Positions 23,831 to 38,190 of a stretch of DNA of 64,000 bases are shown one piece after another. The notes beneath the pieces are model-generated. The model saw nothing but the letters and a program-made list of their open reading frames with translations. It did no database searches and was not told the DNA's origin. Position numbers and translations under genes: made by a program. Positions within the stretch are counted from its first letter, which is position 1. Each line of letters begins with the position of its first letter. Origin of the DNA: Leucoraja ocellata (Eukaryota); assembly GCA_036785375.1 (NCBI GenBank), contig JAWMAR010000258.1:1922001-1986000 (forward strand), written 5' to 3'.

Positions 23831-26364
23831 CTCGTGGATGAGAAAATTGGATTATATGGAATTAGTGTGAACGGGTGATCGATGGTCGGCGTGGAATCGG
23901 TGGGCCGAAGGGCCTGTGACTGTGCTGTATCTCTAAACTAAACTAAACCAATTTTCCAGTTTTGATGAGAGATCTAATGATATATATTTAACATGCTGCA
24001 CCAGAAACAGGCCCTTCGGCCCAACTTGGCCATGCTAACCGAGATGCCCTAACTATGTTTCAGAAAGAACTGCAGAGGCTGTAAAAAATCGAAGGTAGAC
24101 AAAAATGCAGGAGGAACTCAGCAGGTGAGGCAACACCTCTGCAGAAAAGGAATAGGTAACGTTTTGGGTCTGAAGCCTTCAAACTGTTGAGTAACTTAGT
24201 TTATCAGGCAGTAACTTCTACAAATATTTATAAGATTATAAGAATATAAATGAGACAGGAGCAGAATTAGGTCATTCGGCCCATCAAGTCTACTCCACCA
24301 TTCAATCATGGTTGATCTATCTCTCCCTCCTCACCCCATTCTCCTGCCTTCTCCCCATAACCTCTGACACCCACACTAATCAAGACATAGTCCTGCCTTC
24401 CCCTCCCTTCCCTCACCCACTGGCTTGGTACAATTATAAAATGTTCCCAGTGTGTGTAGGATAGTGTTAATGTACGGGGATCGCTGGTCGGCGCCGGCTC
24501 GGTGGGCCGAAAGTCCTCAAAAATATGGACTTCCCTCTGAGTGAAAAAGTTGCCTTGAAGTCCCTATTGGATCACTCCCCTCACCTTAACCCGACACACT
24601 CTAGTTTTAGAATCCTATACCCTGGGAAAAAGAATGTTACCGTTCAATTTATTCATACCCCTCATGATCTTGTACACCTCAATAAGGTCACCACATCCCC
24701 CTACGCTCTAATGAACAAAGTCCCAGCCTATCCAACCTCTCCCTGTATCTCAAGCCCGCAAGTCCAGGTGCAGTAACACCCTGTTGAATCTCGCTTGCAC
24801 CCTTTCCAACTTAATGACATTTTTCCCGTAGCTGGGTGACCACAAATACACACAGCACTCTTAGAGTGGCCTCAGGGGCAATTTTTCTCTCAGAGGGTAA
24901 TCGGTACCTGGAGTGAGCTGCTAGAGGCTGCTTAGATTAGTTTAATTTTGAGATACACCATGGAAATACACCCTTCAGCCCACAAAGTCCATGCCATCCA
25001 GCTATACTAACTCTGCACATAGGGTTGCCAACTTTCTCACTCCCAAATAAGGGACAAAAGGTCAAAATACGGGACAAATTCCCGACGGCAATTCGTTGAC
25101 TGACTCGGCCGTGGCTGTGTGAATGAGTTGGCCCGGGTGCTGGACTGCATACAAAGCCCAGCCGGCAGGTCAGATGAGGAGCTTTGGCCCGAGCTACGCG
25201 ACGTTGCGAGCAAAGTCCAGTACCCCATCCAACTCATGAACCGATGATCGGCCATGAGAAGGAAGGGTGGTGTTGTCGGCGGTAAGCAAATGTCCGAAGG
25301 TCGGACAGTTGGCTGGGCTGCCGAGCGACGAGGACACGGTGGAGGCGCTGCTGCTGCTGCTGCTGCTGCACTCCATGGGCTGCACTACGTCGGGACGGGT
25401 GAGGCGGGCCCGGACACAGCGCGACAGTCCCCCCGACCCGAGTAGTAGCAGTCAAATACATTTTTGGGGTGGACTGAAGTTGTTGATATAATTATGACTT
25501 TCACAAGACATTTGGACAGATATACTGTATAGTTAAACATAAAGAAACATATTCTGATCCTATTTTAATAGACTAAAGTGACCTGCTGAGTTACTCCAGC
25601 ACTTTGTGTCTATCTAAACCAAACTATATTAGAGTATCTATGTTTCCAGTTCTATTTTTCCTGCAAAACTGGATTGTGTCATTATGTGGGAAATAAGAAT
25701 GGCCCAAGTCGGCAACAGTTAACAAAGCAAGTTTACTGGATGTAGAAACCCCCAACATCAGTCTGAAGAAGTGTCTCGACCCGAAACGTCACCCATTCCT
25801 TCTCTCCAGAGATGCTGCCTCACCGCTGAATTACTCCGGCAATTTTGACTACCTTCGATTTTTCCAGCATCTGCAGTTCTTTCTTAAACAAGGAACTGAA
25901 AATACTGGTTTATACCAAAGATAGACACAAAGTGCTGGAGTAGCTCATCAGGTCAGGCAGCATCTCTGGAGAACGTGGATAGGTGAAGTTTCGGGTCGGG
26001 ACCCTTCTTCAGACTGATCCCAATCATTCAAACCAAAACATTTACTTGTCAGTCTCACCCCATCAAAGATATTCCCTTCATTCCTCTCACCCCTCTGCCC
26101 GATTTCTTGGCTACTAACTTAGTTTCCGCCATTCCCCAGCTCAGAAGCTGGCCCTGAAACTTGAAGTGTGTAGGAAGGAACTGTAGATGCTGGTTTACAC
26201 CAATGATAGGCACAAAATGCTGGGTAACTCAGCGGGACAGGCAGCATCTCTGGAGAAAAGAAATAGGTGATGTTTCTGGTCGAGACCCATCTTCAGACAC
26301 TGAAGCATGATCTCTGTTTCTCTCTCCATGGAGTCTGCCTGACCTGCTGTGTGTTTTCACCATG

Positions 26365-27050
26365 TCATAGAGTGATACAGCGTGGAAATAGGCCCTTCGG
26401 CCCAACGCCCATACCGACCAATATGCCCCATCTACACTAGTCCCACTTGCCTGCGCTTGGTCCATATCCCTCCAAACCTGTCCTATCCATGTACCTGTCT
26501 AAATATTCCTTCAACGTTACGTTAAGATAGTCCCTGTCTCAACTTCCTCCTCTGGCAGCTTGTTCCATACAGACACAACCCGTTGCATGAAAAAGTTAAC
26601 CCCTCAGGTTCCTATTAAATCTTTCCCCCCCTCACCTTAAACCCATGTCCTCTGGTCCTCGATTCACCTACTCTGGGCAAGACACTCTGTGCGTCTACCC
26701 AATTTATTCCTCTCATGATTTCCTCATACACCTCTATAAGATCAACCCTCATCCTCCTGCGCTCCAAGGAATAGAGTCCCAGCCTGCTCAACCTCTCCCT
26801 ATAGCTCACACCCTCTAGTCCTGGCAACATCCTTGTAAATCTTCTCTGCACCATTTCCAGCTTGACAACATCTTTCCTGTAACACGGTGACCAGAACTGA
26901 ACACAGCATTCTAAATGCGGCCTCACCAATGTCTTATACAACTGCAACACGACCTCCCAACGTCTATGCTCAATGCCCTGATGGACAAAGGCCATTGAAC
27001 CAAAAGGCTTTTTGACCACCCTATCTATTGTGATGCCACTTTCAAGGAAC
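26365..27050 (-). mobile_element. CR1 LINE 3' fragment (duplicate at about 47660-48345)
   Basis: LYKTLVRPHLECCVQFWSP motif. Confidence 0.88.
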
Positions 27051-27679
27051 TATGTACCAGTAGCACGCCTGTCAAACAGTTTAAAGACTGGTCTCGACCT
27101 GAAACGTCACCCATCCGTCTCTCGAGATGCTGCCTGTCCCACTGAGTTACTCCAGCATTTTGTGTCTACCTGTACTACCAGTCCCCCCTGCTCGACACCC
27201 TCCCCAGAGCCCTACCGTTCACTGTGCAGCTTCTGCCCATGTTAGTGCTCTGGGTTTATGCTGGAATTTAGTTTTTAACTGTGGTCAGATCAAGTACTTC
27301 AACATCACCGGTCGAACAAAACATTGTCACTTATTGAGCGAGTTACCTCAGTGATAACAACTTGAAGCTTTATGGATGGGACACACTCCAATGAAAGAGG
27401 CGACGGGTGCTTTCAGCTTCCAGAACCTTCCGACGACGACGTCTTCTCGTTACTTCTGCGGTGGGGTAGGAGTGCAGCTTCTAGATGCTTCTAGAATGAT
27501 CGAGAAGCGGCACATAGTGTGATGGGACGATATCTCTCGAGCAAGACTGCTCTGCTGTGGAATGGTTGGAGATTCGTTCAGGTCTTGCTAGCAAAGCAGA
27601 AGTGGGCGAGAACGTTAATCTGACTAATGCATCAAGCGATAAAGGAAATGGTGATGCTCTACAAACACTCCAATAGGTA

Positions 27680-28510
27680 GGTCAAGTCAAGGTCATGGTT
27701 TATGGCCATGTGTCCCAGATAGGACGATGAAATTCTTGCTTGCTGCAGCACAACAGAATATAGTAGACATAAATACAGAACAGTTCAGTGTGTCTATATA
27801 GCATAGACCGTATATATACACACATAAATAAATAGATAAAGCGCAATAGGCTGTTTGATGGCTAGTTTAATAGTCTGATGGCTATGGAGAAGCTGTTCCT
27901 GAACCTGGATGTACCAGATTTGAGGCTCCTGTACCTTGTACCAGATGGCAGCGGAGATGAGTGTGTGGCCAGGATGGTGTGGGTCCTTGATGATGTTGGC
28001 AACCATTTTGAGGCAGCGACTGTGATATATCCCTTCAATGGTGGGAAGGTCAGTGCCGATGATGATGGGCAGAGGTCACAACTTTCTGCTTTCTTTTCCG
28101 CTCCGGGACGCTCAAGTTGCTGAACCAAGCCACGATGCAACCAGTCAGTGTGCTCTCTGTGCACCTATAGAAGTTCGAAAGAGTCCTCTTTGACATACCG
28201 ACTCCATAATCTTCTCAGGAAGCACATTGATGTGCTTTCTTTATAATTGCATCAATGTGCTGGGACCAGGAAAGGTCTCCGGAGATATGCACGCGCAGGA
28301 ATTTGAAGTTCTTGACCCTTTCCACCATCATCCCATTAATATAAACGGGATTGTGTGTCCCTATCCTACCGCTTCCAAAGTCCACAATCAGTTCCTTGGT
28401 TTTGCTGGTGTTGAGAGCCAGGTTATTGTGCTGGCACCATTTGGTCAATCGGTCGAGCTCACTTCTATACTTGACTCGTCCCCATCAGTGATACATCGCA
28501 CAACAGGAAC
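27680..28510 (-). mobile_element. Rex1/Babar-like LINE 3' fragment (duplicate at about 48975-49825)
   Basis: WCQHNNLALNTSKTKELIVDF...VERVKNFKFL RT motif. Confidence 0.75.
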
Positions 28511-29254
28511 TAACATGCAGGTTTGTTGAACTGGAAAACAGAAATCATGTGCTTCAAGTCTCACGTCAGCCTCGAGCTACCTCGATGTCAGCAGAACTGA
28601 AGTGGAATAGTTATTTTAGTTTTGTTTAGTTTCGTTTAGATATACTGCATGGAACCAGGCCCTTTGGCCCACTGAGTCCCTGCTGACCAGCGATCGTCCC
28701 GTACACTAGTTTAGTTTAGTTTAATTTAGAGATACAGCATGGAAACAGGTCCTTTGGCCCACCGGGTCCATGTTGACCAGCGAACGTCCCGTACACTAGT
28801 TTAATTTACTTTAATTTAGAGATACAGCGTGGAAACAGGCCCTCCGAGTTCACACCAACCATCAACCAACTCGTACACTAATTCTATCCTACACGCCAGG
28901 GTAATTTACAGAAGTCAATTAACCTACAACCCTGAACGTCTTTAGAAACGTTTCTCTTAACTTTAGCTAAAAAATAAAATCGAAGCTGTACAATAACTGT
29001 ATTATGTCATATGCCGATGTTTATATTTTTGTACACTGCTTCTAATAAATAAAAATGAAAAAATAAATAAATAAACAAGCTGGGGCACATAGAGAAAACC
29101 TACGCGGTCACAGGGCCATCGAGCAAACTCCATACAGACAGCATCCTGAGTAAGGATCGAACCCAGGTCTCTGGCGCTGTGAGGTAGCAACTCTACCGCT
29201 GCACCACCGTGCCACTATTATCACTAATTATCTCCAATCCCGAGGGAACATGAA

Positions 29255-30785
29255 ATAGACAATAGACAATAGGTGCAGGAGTAAGCCATTTGGCCCTTCG
29301 AGCCTGCACGGCCAATTAATTTGATCATCCCCAATCAGTACCCCGTTCCTGCCTTCTCCCCATATCCCCTGACTCCGCTATTTTTAAGTGCCCTATCTAG
29401 CTCTCTCTTGAAAGCATCCAGAGAACCTGCCTCCACCACCCTTTGAGGCAGAGAATTCCACAGACTCGCCACTCTCTGTGAGAAAAAGTGTTTCCTCGTC
29501 TCCGCTCTAAATGGCTTACTCCTTATTCTTAAACTGTGGCCCCTAGTTCTGGACTCCCCCAACATCGGGAACATGTTTCTTGCCTCTAGAGTGTCCAAGT
29601 CCTTAACAATCTTATACGTTTCAATGAGATATCCTCTCATCCTTCTAAACTTCCGAGTGTAAAAACCCAGCTGCTCCATTCTCTCTGCATAAGACAGTCC
29701 CGCCATCCCGGGAATTAACCTTGTAAACCTACGCTGCACTCCCTCAATAGCAAGAATGTCCTTCCTCAAATTAGGGGACCAAAATTGCCCACAATACTCC
29801 AGGTGTGATTTCACTCGGGCTTTGTACAACTGCAGAAGGATCTCTTTGCTACTATATTCGATTCCTCTTGTTATAAAGGCCAACATGCCATTCGCTTTCT
29901 TTACTGCCTGCTGTACCTGCATGCTTACTTTCATAAACTGATGTCCAAAGACCCCCAGATCGTGTTGTACATCCCCTTTTCCCAACTTGACGCCATTTAG
30001 ATAGTAATCTGCCTTCCTGTTTTTGCTACCAGTGGATAACCTCACATTTATCCGCATTAAACTTCATCTGCCATGCATCTGCCCACTCACCCAACCTGTC
30101 CAAGGGGTCCTCTAATTCTGAGGCTAAGACCTCTAGTCCTAGACTCTCCCACCAGTGGAAACATCCTCTCCACATCCACTCTATCCGGGCCTTTCGCCAT
30201 TCTGTACATTTTAATGAGGTCTCCCCTTATTCTTCTAAACTCCAGCGAGTACAGGCCCAGTGCCGACAAACACTAATCATAGGTTAACCTACTAATTCCT
30301 GGAATCATTATTGTAAACCTCCTCTGGACCCTCTCCAGAGCCACCATATCCTTCCTCAGATATGGTGCCCAAAATTGCTCACAAAATTCCAAATGCGGCC
30401 TGACCAGTACCTTATAGAGGCTCAACATTACATCCCCGTTTTTGTATACAAACCCTCTTGAAATACATGAGTTTGCTTTCTTTACTACAGATTCGACCTG
30501 CAGATTAACATTTTGGGGTTCCTGCACCAGCACTCCCAAGTCCCTTTGCACCTCTGATTTCTGGATTCTCTCCCCACTTAGAAAATAGTCTACGCCTTTA
30601 TTCCTACGACCAAAATGCATGACTCCACACTTTGCTCCACTATATTCCATCTGCCCACTCTACCAACCTGTCCAAGTCCTTCTGCAGAGTCCCTGCTTTC
30701 TCTACACTACCTGCCCCTCCACCTATTTTTGTATCATCTGCAAACTTTGTCACACATCCTTCAATCTCCCCGTCCAAATCCTTAA
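29255..30785 (-). mobile_element. Nested CR1 LINE fragments (duplicate at about 50570-52095)
   Basis: ORFs 29335..30057 and 30273..30650 with CR1 RT C-terminal motifs. Confidence 0.88.
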
Positions 30786-33700
30786 TATTCAAGGGACTTG
30801 GGTTTGATCCCGATTACGGGTGCTGTCTGTACGGAGTTTGCATGTTCTCCCCATGACCTGCGTGGGTTTTCTCCGAGATCTACGGCTTCCTCCCACACTC
30901 CAAGGACGCACAGGTTTGTAGGTTAATTGCCTTGGTAAAATTGTAAATTGTCCCTACTGTGTGTTAATGTGCGGGGATCGCTGGTCGGTGCAGACTCGGT
31001 GGGTCGAAGGGCCTGTTTCTGCGCTGGATCTCCAAACTAAACATCCTTCCTGTAATGTGGGTGACCACAACTACACACAAGGTCGATGCTGTTGTTAGTC
31101 CTTTCGTACAGAGCTGCAGTTTATCACTGCGTCAGTAACACTACAGACCATTCTGTAGCTACATTTATACTGGCCCATAGATATTAATTACTGAAACTTC
31201 ATATCTACGGTATTAAGATATTAACGTATCTTCACCCAAACTATCAGTTATGGATTCTGGATGATGGTTATTGTTGATAGAATTTTAATATTGAGCAACA
31301 AACATCAGTGTAGAAATGAGGAACTGCAGATGCTGGTTTACAAAAGAAACCACAAAGGACTGGCTCAGTGGTTGTGGCTGTGTGTGTGAGTGAGGCTGTG
31401 AATATCACTCACTCAGTACCACTCCCGCATCCGGAGTGAAGCCACTGTCCGTTTAGTTCAGTTTGGTGTAGATATACCGCGCGGAAACAGGCCTTTCGGC
31501 CCACCGAGTCCGCGCCGTCCAGCGATCTCCGCACACTAACACTATCCATTGGGACAATTTACATCTATACCAAGACAATTAACCTACAAACCTGCACGTC
31601 TTTGGCGTGTGGGAGACCGGAGCACCCGGAGAAAATCGGCGCAGGTCACGGGGAGAAAGTACAAACTCCACACAGACAGCATCTGTAGTCAGGATTGAAC
31701 CCNNNNNNNNNNNNNNNNNNNNNNNNNNNNNNNNNNNNNNNNNNNNNNNNNNNNNNNNNNNNNNNNNNNNNNNNNNNNNNNNNNNNNNNNNNNNNNNNNN
31801 NNNNNNNNNNNNNNNNNNNNNNNNNNNNNNNNNNNNNNNNNNNNNNNNNNNNNNNNNNNNNNNNNNNNNNNNNNNNNNNNNNNNNNNNNNNNNNNNNNNN
31901 NNCTGTGGCAAAGAATTCCACAGATTCATCACCGTCTGACTAAGAAATTCTTCCTCATCTCCTTCTGAACAGAACGTCCTTTAATTCTGAGGCTGTGACC
32001 TCTAGTCCTAGACTCTCCCACTAGTGGAAACGTCCTCTCCACATTCACTCTCTCCAGGCCTTTCACTATTGTGTGTGTTTCAATGAGGTCCCCCCTCATC
32101 TGACCCTACTATCCGACCCAGGGGAAGGCTGGCAAGCTGCCCTCTGCCCTACGGATGGGGTAAGGAGAGCGGGCAGGTACCGTGATCGTCCTGTCCCAGC
32201 AGCGAGAGGGAGTGGGCCACCAAGATGCTGTTGTAGGCGTTCAGGTAGATGATGGAACTCGCCGTCACTTTGTCCTTCTGTAGAGAAGCCACATCAACCG
32301 CTGCGGGCAAAGGGGACAGGTTACATGTGGTGAGAAGTTGGACAGGTGAGTCAATGGTGAGGTGGTGGACAGGTGAGTCAGCAGTGAAGATAGGCACAAA
32401 ATGCTGGAGTAACTCAGCGGGACAGGCAACATCTCTGAAGAGAAGGAATGGGTGACGTTTCGGGTCGAGACCTTTCTTCAGACTGATGCTGCCTGTCCCG
32501 CTGAGCTCCGGCATTTTGTGTCTTTCTTCAATTTGAACCAGCATCTGCAGTTCTTTTCTACACATAGAGAGATGTTGTACAGGTCAATCAATGGACAGAT
32601 GTTGTACAGATAAGTCAATGGACAGATGTTGTGCAGGTGAACCCGGGTCTCCGGCGCTGCAAGGCAGCAACTCTACCAGGAGAATGGGGTTCGGAGGGAG
32701 AGAGAAGTGGAGTGCGGGGTGTCACTTACCGATGGTGGACGACGAATAGCGCGTCTTGTTGTTGCGGAGTAGGTTGAGCGCAGCGTCGGCGATGGCAACC
32801 TCCATGGCCTGCAGCAGGTGTCCCAAGTGCTGCCTGCTGCTGCTGCTTGTTCAGGCGGCCCCATTCCTCCGGGCTGGCCAACACCGACTGGGAGAAATTA
32901 CTGAGCGCCTTGCGAGAGGAGAGGCCGTGTTGTTACATAAACATAAAACATTTTTAAATCCATCACACTTTGTCTTTGCGGAATGATTCATATCACAAGA
33001 GCAGATATTTTAGTGGAAACAATGATCAGATTAGATTAACCCTGATCTGAGGAAGGACGTTCTTGCCATAGAGGGAGTACAGAGAAGGTTCACCAGACTG
33101 ATTCCTGGGATGTCAGGACTTTCATATGAAGAAAGGCTGGATAGACTCGGCTTGTACTAGTTAGAATATAGATTGAGAGGGGATCTTATAGAAACTTACA
33201 AAATTCTTAAGGGGTTGGACAGGCTAGATGCAGGAAGATTGTTCCCGATGTTGGGGAAGTCCAGCACAAGGGGTCACAGTTTAAGGATAAGGGGGAAATC
33301 TTTTAGGACTGAAATGAGAAAAACATTTTTCACACAGAGAGTGGTGAATCTGTGGAATTCTCTGCCACAGAAGGTAGTTGAGGCCAGTTCATTGGCTATA
33401 TTTAAGAGGGAGTTAGATGTGGCCCTTGTGGCTGAAGGGATCAGGGGGTATGGAGAGATGGCAGGTACAGGATATTGGGTTCGAACAGGATATTGGCCCT
33501 TCGAACCAACACCGCCATTCAATATGATCATGGCTGATCATCCAGAATCAATACCCTGTTCCTGCTAATTCCCCATATTGCTTGATTATGTTAGCCCGAG
33601 GAGCAAAATCTAACTCTCTCTTGAAAATTTTTGGCCATGCTTCACTTTCAAATTGTGCCGAGCGCTGAAAGTCTTGGCGTCACAGAGTCACGTGACACAG

Positions 33701-36700
33701 AAAGTGGCCCTTCGGCCCATCTCGTCCATGCCGACCAAGATGACCCAGCCAGAGAGCACTCCTGAACTCTGGTTCAGTCTGAGGGAGGGTCTCGACCCGG
33801 AACGTCACCCATTCCTTCTCTCCAGTGATGCTGCCTGTCCCGCTGAGTTGCTCCAGCTTTTTGTATCAGCCTACTATCTACCTCATTGGTGACCCTCGAA
33901 CTAAATGTCCAAGACTATGGGCGGTCATGGTGGCTCAGCGGTAGAGTTGCTGCCTTACAGCGAGTGCAGCGCCGGAGACCCGGGTTCGATCCCGACGACG
34001 GGCGCTGTCTGTACAGGGTTTGTACGTTCTCACGTGACCTGCATGGATTTTCTCCGAGATCTTCAGTTTCCTCCCACACTCCAAAGACGTACAGGTTTGT
34101 AGGTTAATTGGCCTGGCAAATGTAAGAATTGTCCCGAGTGGGTGTAGGATAGTGTTAATGTATGGGGATCGCTGGTCAGCACGGACTCGGTGGGCTGAAG
34201 GGCCTGTTTCCACACTGTATCTCTAAACTGAGCTAACTAAACTAGAGGGCATGGCTTTAAAGTGAGAGGGTCAAAGTTCAAAGGGATGATGGTCGGCATG
34301 GACTCAATGGGCCGAAGGGCCTGTTTGAATGCTGCATCTCTCAAACTAAATGAATGAAATGGTGCCTGGCCTAAAACTGCTGCAGGATAGTGTGTGCAGA
34401 GAGAGCTCACCTCCATTGCAATTCCAGCATCAGAACTGTTGCATGCTTTGTCCTTGAAGCTTTGAATCTTCTTTACAATGTCTGTGAGTGCAGCCTGCAT
34501 GTCCTTCTTCCGAGGAAACAAAACATGGAACAATTGTAAGATTTGTACAAAACTTTGAAAATGATAAGGAAGATGGGTGTCACGGTGGCACAGCGGTAGA
34601 GTTGCTGCCTCACAGCGCCAGAGACCCGGGTTCAATCCCGACTACGGGTGCTGTCTGTACAGAGTTTGAACGTTCTCCCTGTGACTTGCATGGGTTTTCT
34701 CCGAAATCTTTGATTTCCATCCACACTCCATAGACTTACAGGTTTGCAGGTTAATTTGCTTGGCATAAATGTATGCTCTAAATTGTCTCTAGTGTGTGTA
34801 GGACAGTGCTGGGGATCGCTGGTTGGCGAAGACTCGGTGGGCTGAAGGGCCTGTTTCCACGCTGTATCTCCAAATTAAACACTGTATCTAAAATTAAAGG
34901 TCTGATGTAAATTGACAGCCGTGGAGAGAACACTGATGTCGTGCGTGTGTGGGAAGGAACTGCAGATGCTGGTTTAAACCAAAGGTAGACACTAAATGCT
35001 GGAGTAACTCAGCGGGACAAGCATCATCTCTGGAGAGAAGGAATGGGTGACGATTCGGGCCTCGACCAATCACCCATTCCTTCTCTCCAGAGATGCTGCC
35101 TGTCCCGCTGAGTTACTCCAGCATTTTGTGTCGAACACTGAAGTTGGTTCACTTCTCCTTCCCGTGAAGTTGAAGGATGTTATGGACACATGGCCGATTA
35201 AATGTGGTTGAGAATGAAATGTTGCCTCTGTGTAAAGATCCTGCAGGATAGGGTGTCACCTCACCTTGTCCGGTCCTCCTGCGGCAGATTTGTTGCATGC
35301 TTTCTCCTTGAAGCTTCGGGTCTCGTTTACGATGTCTTGGATCACGGCTGCGCCTCTCTGATGTTTTAAGGGAAAGGATACATGTAAGAGATTTCGACCG
35401 AGGATTAGCAGTGTGTACAAGGATAAGTAGGAGGAGGTGTCTGAGAGTTGGCCCGTTGCCCAACCAGAAATGTCAGGAGGAAGGGTCTCAACCCGAGTTA
35501 CTCCAGCTGGTTGTGTCTATAGACCGAGGATTTTTAATTCATTCCCTTTTGCCGGCCCTGGCATCGGTTTTGCCCGTGCCCACCTTTATCGGCCAGATAC
35601 ATTTGGGCAGTGTGGTGGCGTGGTGGTAGACTCATGGAAACAGGCCCTTCGGCCCAACTTGCCCACCGGCCAACATGTCCCAGCTACACTAGTCTCACCT
35701 GCCCGTGTTTGCTCCATATTCCTCCAAACCTGGCCTATCCATGTACCTGTCCAGCTGTTTCTTAAACGTTCGGATAGTCCCAGCCTCAACTCCCTCCTCT
35801 GGCAGCTTGTTCCATACACCCACCACCCTCTGTGTAAAAAAGTTACCCCTCAGATTCCCATTAAATCGTTTCCCCTTCACCTTGAACTATGTCCTCTGGT
35901 CCTCGATTCCCCTACTCTGGGCAACAGTCTCTGTGCATCCACCCGATCTATTCCTCTCATGACTTTGTACACAAACTAGTCACCGTGGAGTTGCTGCCTC
36001 ACAGCGCCAGAGATCCAGGTTCGATCCTGACTACGGGTGCTTTCCGTGCAGAGATTGTGCCTTCTCCCGGTGACTGAGTGGGTTTTATCCGGGTGCTCCG
36101 GTTTCTTCCCACACTCCAAAGATGTTGAGGTTTGAAGGCTAATTGGCTTCTGTAACTTATCCCTAGCGTGTAGGATGGAATGAGTTCATGGGTGATTGTT
36201 GGTCAGCCTGGACTCAGTGGGCCGAAGGGCCTGTTTCCACAATATATCTCTAAAGTAAACTATGCTAAACAAGGCAAACAATGTGTTAATCACTTTCTTT
36301 CTCCCCATGACCAGCACCCATGCTGCAGAAGGTTGCATTGGTGGGGGTTGCATTACAGCACAGGTCAGACGCTACTCCTAAAGGTTCAGTACAGCACCAC
36401 AGCTGGTAGAGCCCTGCCTCACAGCACCAGAGATCCAGGTTCGGTCCTGACCTTGGGCGCTGTCTGTGCGGAGTTTGCACGTTGTCCCTGTGACCGCGTG
36501 GATTTTCCCCGGTCACCTCCCACATCCCAAAGACATGCGGTTTTGTAGGTCAATTGGCCCCCAGTGTGTATGGAGTGGATGAGAAAGTGGGAGAACATAG
36601 AACTAGTGTGTGAACGAGTGATCGATGGTCGGCACGGACTTGCTGGGCCGAAGGGCCAGTTTCCAGGCTGTATCTCTGAACTAAACTAAACTAAAAGGAA

Positions 36701-37857
36701 GATGAGGGTAGATGCACAAAGTTGGGGAAGCTCTTGATATTCTGGGCAGAGAATCAGATACTCAAAGCACAATGTGCTGGAAGTACTCAGTAGGTCAGGC
36801 AGCATCTGTGGAAGGAATGGATAGATGACGTTTCAGGCTTAGACCCTTCTTCAGACTGGGAGCAGAGAAGATGCTTCAGTCTGAAGAAGCGCCCTGGCCC
36901 GAAACGTCACCTGTCCATTCCCTCCACAGATGCTGCCTGACTCGCTGAGTTCCTCCAGCACTTTGTATTTTTCTCCAAATTCCAGCAAATGCAATTCCTT
37001 GGCTGCTGCTCAATTGGACTGAGAATCAGTGAATTGGTCAGTTGGTATAACAAGAAGCATGTGTATGTATTCAGGAGAGAGTTGGAGTTAGCTCTTAGAG
37101 CGAACTGAATCAGGGGATAGGGGTGAAAAGCAGGAACTGGGTCCTGATTCTGGATGATCAGCAATGATCATATTGAATGGCAGTGCTGGCTCGAAGGGCC
37201 GAATGGCCTACTCCCGTACCTATTGTCTATGTTTCTATGCGTATCGGCGGAGTGAGCCTTGAGACCGTGAGGAGTGAGTACTGACGGGAGGGAGATCAAA
37301 TGTTGAGGCCAACTGCAACAGGATTCCTTGCACAGCCTCCACTCTAACGGTGGGGACAGATGCCAGGGCTGAGGGAGGGAAGGATGGGAGCTGGAGAGGT
37401 GGTGGGAGAATCGTGGCCATGTTCTCACCTGATCGGGAGCTTTGGTAGATTGTTCCGTGGTGGCATTAATGGTTCCATAGCTGACAGTCGTTTCATCTGG
37501 AGAACAAAGAAAACATTTGAGATTTAGACTGGGGATGGGATCATTCCCTAGGGCACAGACAGAGTGATGAGGGTGGCAGTGGTAGGGGTGGCATAATGGT
37601 AGGGGTGGCACAGTGACAGTGGTTGGGGTGGCACAGTGGCTGGGGTGGCATAGTGACAGGAGGCAGAGTAACACAGTGGCTGGGGTGGGCACAGTGACAG
37701 GGGGCAGAGTAACACAGTGGCATAGTGACAGGGGGCAGAGTAACACAGTGGCATAATAGTTTCCATGCTGTATCTGTTGTAAAGGGTGGTTGGGGGGGGG
37801 GGGCAGCACAGGAGAATCCGAGGCACATTTGTCCCGGGGATCACACATCATACTCAC

Positions 37858-38190
37858 CAGGAGGGGAGTCGGCTTTGAGGTTCAGTTCTATTTTAAGGTC
37901 GTTCCCCATGCCAGGTACAATGATGCGGCAACAGTATACTCCCTCATCCTTCTTCTCCAGATCCTTTATGGTCAGGGACACATCGCCCTTCTGTAAATCT
38001 CCACGCAGTTCATATTTGGAGCTAAATTCAGGATGGATCGTGCTTGTCACCTCAACTTGGAAAAACTTTTTGGAGCAGCCCGACCAAGGGCATTTCCCTC
38101 GACCCCAGCAGGTTGTGTACAATACACTTCTGCTGGACGTGCAGGGGAGAGTGACTGTAGACCCCAGTACTCCCCTGATCTGTGACTCCT
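37858..38190 (-). CDS. Copy A' exon 3, TIM-type IgV domain (SRSVLY instead of SDSVLY)
   Basis: Intact 333-nt exon; partly in ORF 37841..38122. Confidence 0.85.
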
